64,000 nucleotides of DNA, taken from positions 512,001-576,000 of the forward strand of contig CAXXFL010000001.1 of NCBI GenBank assembly GCA_963674965.2. The letters run 5' to 3'. Shown piece after piece: positions 57,291 through 64,000 of the stretch. Origin of the DNA: a bacterium (GTDB taxonomy: Bacteria; RBG-13-61-14; DATKZS01). How positions within the stretch are numbered: the stretch's first letter is position 1; every line of letters starts with the position of its first letter. The translations under genes were made by a program, and so were the position numbers. The notes beneath the pieces were generated by a model, which did no database searches, had not been told where the DNA came from, and was given only the letters and a program-made list of their open reading frames with translations.

Positions 57291-58046
57291 TCAGCGTCCC
57301 GACGTTACCTGGACTATGCAAAGGGACTGGTTCCTGTCCTCGAGGCGGATGGCGTCCTCCAGGGTGGTCCCGCCCGTGTTGATATCGATCGCCTCCTTGG
57401 TCAGGCGAAGGCCGAGGGGAGACTTGCTCGCCATGGTCTTGGCCAGCTTCATGGCCTCGTCCATCAGGACTTCCTTGTCGTATATGGCCTGAACCATGCC
57501 TATACGAAGGGCCTCGTCGGCCGGGAAAAGATCGCCCGTCATCATGTAGCGCGCCGCGTTAGCCGCGCCCACCGCGCGGGGGAAGAGCCAGGACGAGCCC
57601 ATGTCCGCGCCGCCCACGCCGATGTTTATATAAGCGGCCGAGAACTTGGCCTCAGGCGCCGCGTAGCGCACGTCGCTGGCCAGGGCGAAGGAAAAACCCG
57701 CCCCCGCCGCGGGACCGTTTATCGCCGCCACTATCGGCTGGGGGACCTTGCGCATAAGCAGGATAATGTCCGAGTAGCTCCGCTGCCTCTCGTAGGCCAG
57801 CTTGGGCGCGTAGCCGCCCTCCGGCACGTCGGCCATGGTTTCCTTCATGTCCAGGCCCGCGCAAAAACCCCGGCCGGCGCCGGTTATGATCAGCACTCTC
57901 GTATCGAGATCATCGAGCCGCTCGAGGAAGAAATTCCTCAACTCGACGCTCATGGCCTTATTGACCGCGTTCAAGCAATCGGGGCGGCTAAGCGTCAACA
58001 CGCCCACCGGACCCTCGACCTGATAACTTATCGTCTCGTAACCCAT
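57291..58046 (-). CDS. Enoyl-CoA hydratase/isomerase-family protein
   Basis: RPDCLNA, GRGFCAGLD, NGPAAGAG; RBS aggagg. Confidence 0.92.
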   Translation of the reverse strand: MGYETISYQVEGPVGVLTLSRPDCLNAVNKAMSVELRNFFLERLDDLDTRVLIITGAGRGFCAGLDMKETMADVPEGGYAPKLAYERQRSYSDIILLMRKVPQPIVAAINGPAAGAGFSFALASDVRYAAPEAKFSAAYINIGVGGADMGSSWLFPRAVGAANAARYMMTGDLFPADEALRIGMVQAIYDKEVLMDEAMKLAKTMASKSPLGLRLTKEAIDINTGGTTLEDAIRLEDRNQSLCIVQVTSGR

Positions 58047-58221
58047 GCTCTCCTCCTTGATAATTTTTTTGACTTTATATAACCGGTTGGAAGGGCCCCG
58101 CCGAGCATAAATCCTTGGGCCGTGAATTATCTTTATCGCCACGCTGTATTATAAAACCGCCAGGTGGTCAATGGGAAGAGTTCTAATAAATGGAGGATAG
58201 GGGAATCGAGAATCGGGTAGT

Positions 58222-58905
58222 TCACCCGTCCACTCTTTCGTATCTTAGCAGGGTGTCGCCGATCTCGATGAGGGAGTCGCTTCTGAGCTCGAGTTCGCGC
58301 ACGGGGCTGGAGTTGATGACCACGGGGTTGTCCGGGTCGAGGGACACGAGGAAGGTCACGCCCGTGAAGTACTCGATCCTGGCGTGGCGGGGAAGTATCT
58401 TGGGGTCGTAGATTTTAAAGTCGATGTCTTCCGATTCCTTGCCCGCGAAACCGATGATGAACTCCTGGGGGACCAAAAGCCAGGCGTCGGTGCCGCTGGC
58501 CAGGCGGACGGAGCTGATTTCCTCGTTGCGGTGGACGATGCGGACCTCGTAGGTTTTCGAGCGGCCCATCACGATGACGTCGCCCGTCTCGACGATGATC
58601 TCCTCGGTGACCTGCTCGCCGTTTCGGGTGGTGCCGTTTGTGCTTCCCAAATCGGAGAGCCGGACCGCGTCGGGGTCGATCCTGAGAAGCGCGTGTTTGC
58701 GGGATATCCTGTCGTCGTCCTGGAAGATTTCGCAGGTCTTGTCCCGGCCCACCAGCATCTGGTTGCCGAAGAGGAGGTTGATCTTTTCTCCCTCCACGGC
58801 CCTGCCCATGCGGCGCTCTATCGATATGACGGCCCTGGCCGGCTTGATCGCGCTGGCGGCCGGTCTTCCAGAGCTTACCCTGGTGGTGTTGCCAATGTCA
58901 TCCAT
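58222..58905 (-). CDS. Tandem FHA-domain protein
   Basis: First FHA VGR...SRKHA...STNG; second, degenerate FHA IIG...PRHA; TGATG overlap with nuoN. Confidence 0.82.
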   Translation of the reverse strand: MDDIGNTTRVSSGRPAASAIKPARAVISIERRMGRAVEGEKINLLFGNQMLVGRDKTCEIFQDDDRISRKHALLRIDPDAVRLSDLGSTNGTTRNGEQVTEEIIVETGDVIVMGRSKTYEVRIVHRNEEISSVRLASGTDAWLLVPQEFIIGFAGKESEDIDFKIYDPKILPRHARIEYFTGVTFLVSLDPDNPVVINSSPVRELELRSDSLIEIGDTLLRYERVDG

Positions 58906-60488
58906 CAGTGAAGGTATCTTGTCCCCGTTTCAAGGGCCCTGATGACCTGGTAGGCCAAGTCGATCGCGACTTGGGGAAACAAGCCGAGAAGGATGACCGC
59001 CGAGGCCATTACAATGTTTGACACCGAAGTGCCTGAAACGAGTTCCTTCTCGGTGACCGGCTTGATTTTCTCGGGCTGCATGTACATGACCACCAGGACT
59101 CGCAAATAGTAATAAGCGCTTACGACCGAGTTTAGCACGCCTATGATCGCGAGTAAATAGAGGTGGTTGGCAATGGCCGACTGGAAGACGTAGAACTTGG
59201 CGGCAAATCCGACCATGGGCGGAATGCCGGCGAGGGACAACATGCAGATGGCCATGATGGCGGCCAGGCCCGGACGCCGAAATCCCAGTCCCGCGAAGCC
59301 CTCGAGGGTCTCGCCGTCCTTTTTCTCCCTGGACACGGAGACGATGACGCCGAAGGCGCCCAGGTTCATGAAGGTATAGGCGAGCAGGTAGAACAGGATC
59401 GAGGAGGACGACATTTGCCGTGCCATCTCGAAGTGGCCGCTGGCCACCTGCTGGGGGTTGTTGTACTGGACCGAGGCCACCAGGGCGGTGAGTCCGACCA
59501 GGAGGTAGCCGGCGTGGGCGATGCTCGAGTAGGCCAGCATGCGCTTTATGTTCTTTTGCGCGATGGCCACGAAGTTGCCCACGCTCATGGTCAGGATGGC
59601 CAGGGCCGTGAGCACCGCGAGCAGGGGGGCGTCGGCGCCCCAGATGGGACCCGAGGCGAGGGTAAGCCGGAGCAGCGCCGCGAAGGCCGCCGCCTTTACG
59701 CCCGTGGCCATGAAGGCCGTTATCGGGGTCGGCGCCCCCTCGTAAACGTCGGGCGTCCACATGTGGAAAGGAACGGCCGCGATCTTGAAGAAAAGGCCTG
59801 TAAACAAAAAGGCCACGCCGAACCACATAACCAGATAGTTCATGGTGTCGGCCTTGTTCACGCCGAACAGGCCCGCGTTGATCTCGCCGTAGCCGAGACC
59901 GCCGGAGATGCCGTACACCAGGGCCATGCCGTAGAGCATGATGGCAGAGGCGAAGGCGCCCAGCAGGAGGTATTTCATCGAGGCCTCGCCGCTCTTCAGG
60001 TTCCGCCGCTCGATGCCCACCAGGATGTAAATCGAGATCGACATGGTCTCGAGGCCGATGAAAAGGATCATAAGGTCGTTGGCCGCCGCCATCATGCACA
60101 TGCCCATTACCGCGATGACGAGAAGGATGTAGTACTCGGGACGGTGGTCCTTGCTCTTGGCGAAGCGGGTCAGGGACGATATGGCCGCGAAGGCCGCCGC
60201 GCCTAAAAAGATGTAATTGAAATAGGCGCTGAAGAAGTCGAAGTTGTATTGCCTGTCAAAGGCCACGGCCGAAAGCGCGTTTCCCGTCTCCGTCCTCAAC
60301 TGGTAAACGTGCATAAGCCACTGGAGGAAAAGCACAATAACCACGCCGGCGAAGACGTAAATCCCCATGGCGCGCGGGCGCTTTTTAAAGGCCGTCATGT
60401 CCAGGACGAGACCGCCCAGCGCTATCAATCCCAGCATCAGGGGAATGGAAATCGCGAACAATTCAATGGATGTTATCTCTACGTTCAT
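58905..60488 (-). CDS. nuoN: NADH-quinone oxidoreductase subunit N
   Basis: [38 protein letters not shown]. Confidence 0.96.
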   Translation of the reverse strand: MNVEITSIELFAISIPLMLGLIALGGLVLDMTAFKKRPRAMGIYVFAGVVIVLFLQWLMHVYQLRTETGNALSAVAFDRQYNFDFFSAYFNYIFLGAAAFAAISSLTRFAKSKDHRPEYYILLVIAVMGMCMMAAANDLMILFIGLETMSISIYILVGIERRNLKSGEASMKYLLLGAFASAIMLYGMALVYGISGGLGYGEINAGLFGVNKADTMNYLVMWFGVAFLFTGLFFKIAAVPFHMWTPDVYEGAPTPITAFMATGVKAAAFAALLRLTLASGPIWGADAPLLAVLTALAILTMSVGNFVAIAQKNIKRMLAYSSIAHAGYLLVGLTALVASVQYNNPQQVASGHFEMARQMSSSSILFYLLAYTFMNLGAFGVIVSVSREKKDGETLEGFAGLGFRRPGLAAIMAICMLSLAGIPPMVGFAAKFYVFQSAIANHLYLLAIIGVLNSVVSAYYYLRVLVVMYMQPEKIKPVTEKELVSGTSVSNIVMASAVILLGLFPQVAIDLAYQVIRALETGTRYLH

Positions 60489-62119
60489 TGGCCATCACGC
60501 TCGTGTTTTTCTTTTTCCACCGGAACGGCCGGGCTTAGCGAGGCCAGGCCCAACTCCCTTTCTTCCGTTATCTTGCGTCCCCGCTCGACCACCGAGATAA
60601 AATTCTCGACCGACTTCTTCGAGCGGGAAAGGAACGTGGACGGGTAAACTCCAAGCCAGACCACGAACACCATGATTATGGTCAGGTATACGACCTCCCT
60701 GGCGTTCAGGTCTTTAAGCTTCTTGTTGGCTTCCTTGGTAACCGGGCCGAACATGACCCGCTGGAACATCCAGAGCAGATAGCAGGCCGCGAATATGACG
60801 CCCGTCGCCGCCAGCACGGCGTATATCTTGGGATGAGCGAAAAGCGGAACGTTTTGACCCGCCTCCGCCGTATATGTTCCCACCAGTATGAGGAACTCCC
60901 CGACGAACCCGTTCAAGCCGGGAAGGCCCACCGAGCTCAGCACCGCCAGCATGAAGAACACGGCGTAAAGGGGAATGACCTTCGAGAGGCCGCCGAACTC
61001 GGAAATCTGACGGGTGTGACGGCGCTCGTAAACCACGCCCACCAAAAGGAACAAGGCCCCCGTGCTGAGACCGTGGTTCACCATCTGAATAAGCGAGCCC
61101 TGCACCCCCGCCTGGGTAAGCGCGAAAAGGCCCAGCATGACGAAGCCCAAATGGCTGACCGAGGAATAGGCCACCAGCTTCTTCACGTCCTCCTGCACCA
61201 TGGCCACCAGGGCGCCGTAAATGATGCCGATGATGGCCAGGATCGAAATAATGGGCACGGCCTCGTAGGCGGCGTAGGGGAAGAGGGGCATGGCGAAGCG
61301 CATGAACCCGTAAGTTCCCATCTTAAGGAGGACCCCCGCCAGGATGACCGATCCCGCGGTGGGGGCCTCGACGTGGGCGTCGGGAAGCCACGTGTGGAAC
61401 GGGAACATGGGGACCTTGATGGCGAAGGCCAGGGCGAAGGCCGCGAAGCACACGAACTGCACCGTGGGCTTGAGCGGGTTGCTCGACAGGTTGTTGGTAA
61501 GCAGGACCAGGTCGAAGGTCGAGTTGCCCGGGGTCATGTAAACCAGGTATATGATGGCCAGGAGCATGAGGACCGAGCCGGCCATGGTAAAAAGGAAAAA
61601 CTTGATGGCCGCGTAAATCCTTCTCTGCCCGCCCCATACTCCAATAAGGAAGTACATGGGGATGAGCATTAACTCCCAGAACACGTAAAAGAGGAAAAGG
61701 TCGATGGCCGTGAAGGCGCCCAGCATTCCCGTCTGCAGGAGAAGCAGGAACACGTGGTATTCCTTGACCTTGTCGGTCACGGCCGACCATGAGGACAGGA
61801 TCACCACCGGTCCCAGCAAAAGGGTCAGCTCGACCAGAAGAAGGCTGATGCCGTCAAGGCCAAGGCTGTATTTGATCCAGACCCCGGCGATGGCGATCCA
61901 CTCGACCGGCGGGTTCTGGAACTGCATTTGCGCGGTGGCCGGATCGAAGGCGAACCAGAGCCAGACGCCCAGGACGAGGCCGAGGAGCATGGTGATGAGG
62001 GCCACCAGACGAATGGCCGTCGCCCGAGCGTTGGGCATGAAAATAATGACCAGCGCCCCCACAATGGGGAGGAGCACCACGTGGGAGAGTATTCCTTCTT
62101 TAAGAGTAAAAATCCACAC
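60485..62119 (-). CDS. nuoM: NADH-quinone oxidoreductase subunit M
   Basis: [37 protein letters not shown]. Confidence 0.96.
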   Translation of the reverse strand: MWIFTLKEGILSHVVLLPIVGALVIIFMPNARATAIRLVALITMLLGLVLGVWLWFAFDPATAQMQFQNPPVEWIAIAGVWIKYSLGLDGISLLLVELTLLLGPVVILSSWSAVTDKVKEYHVFLLLLQTGMLGAFTAIDLFLFYVFWELMLIPMYFLIGVWGGQRRIYAAIKFFLFTMAGSVLMLLAIIYLVYMTPGNSTFDLVLLTNNLSSNPLKPTVQFVCFAAFALAFAIKVPMFPFHTWLPDAHVEAPTAGSVILAGVLLKMGTYGFMRFAMPLFPYAAYEAVPIISILAIIGIIYGALVAMVQEDVKKLVAYSSVSHLGFVMLGLFALTQAGVQGSLIQMVNHGLSTGALFLLVGVVYERRHTRQISEFGGLSKVIPLYAVFFMLAVLSSVGLPGLNGFVGEFLILVGTYTAEAGQNVPLFAHPKIYAVLAATGVIFAACYLLWMFQRVMFGPVTKEANKKLKDLNAREVVYLTIIMVFVVWLGVYPSTFLSRSKKSVENFISVVERGRKITEERELGLASLSPAVPVEKEKHERDGQ

Positions 62120-62130
62120 GGCTTTTATCC

Positions 62131-63999
<1,869 letters not shown>

Positions 64000-64000
64000 G

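Overview
High-GC bacterial chromosome segment. Gene content and order (split atpZ-I-B-E operon, rseP-tsaB...DUF465-ilvDBN, thpR-recA-pilT-alaS, IspH-UbiA fusion, FHA-GAF cyclases) suggest a deltaproteobacterial-type organism (Desulfobacterota/Myxococcota-like; inferred, not proven). Most of the window is housekeeping (ccsA, atp Fo genes, ispH, ilv, fmt, uvrD, dut, recA, alaS, nuoLMN). The best candidate for an undescribed system is a ~10.7 kb operon (6649-17373): a Wsp/ACF-type chemosensory core (CheW-CheR/TPR-CheW-MCP-CheA/REC-CheB) whose chemoreceptor appears to carry a YfiN-like CHASE8 periplasmic domain, followed by a YfiR-family protein, a TonB-dependent receptor and a stand-alone receiver. 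Other notable observations: (1) a candidate ilv attenuator in which the DUF465 gene may act as the leader peptide; (2) a 186-bp MITE carrying an inverted REP pair, present twice, with one copy split by an IS481-family element inserted in the REP loop; (3) a small ArfA-like ORF; (4) a probable CTG-initiated myxosortase-like protease; (5) tandem adenylate cyclases, one with a degenerate FHA domain; (6) a ~60-aa insertion in AlaRS. I saw no rRNA, tRNA or CRISPR array. All family assignments come from reading motifs by eye; no searches were run.
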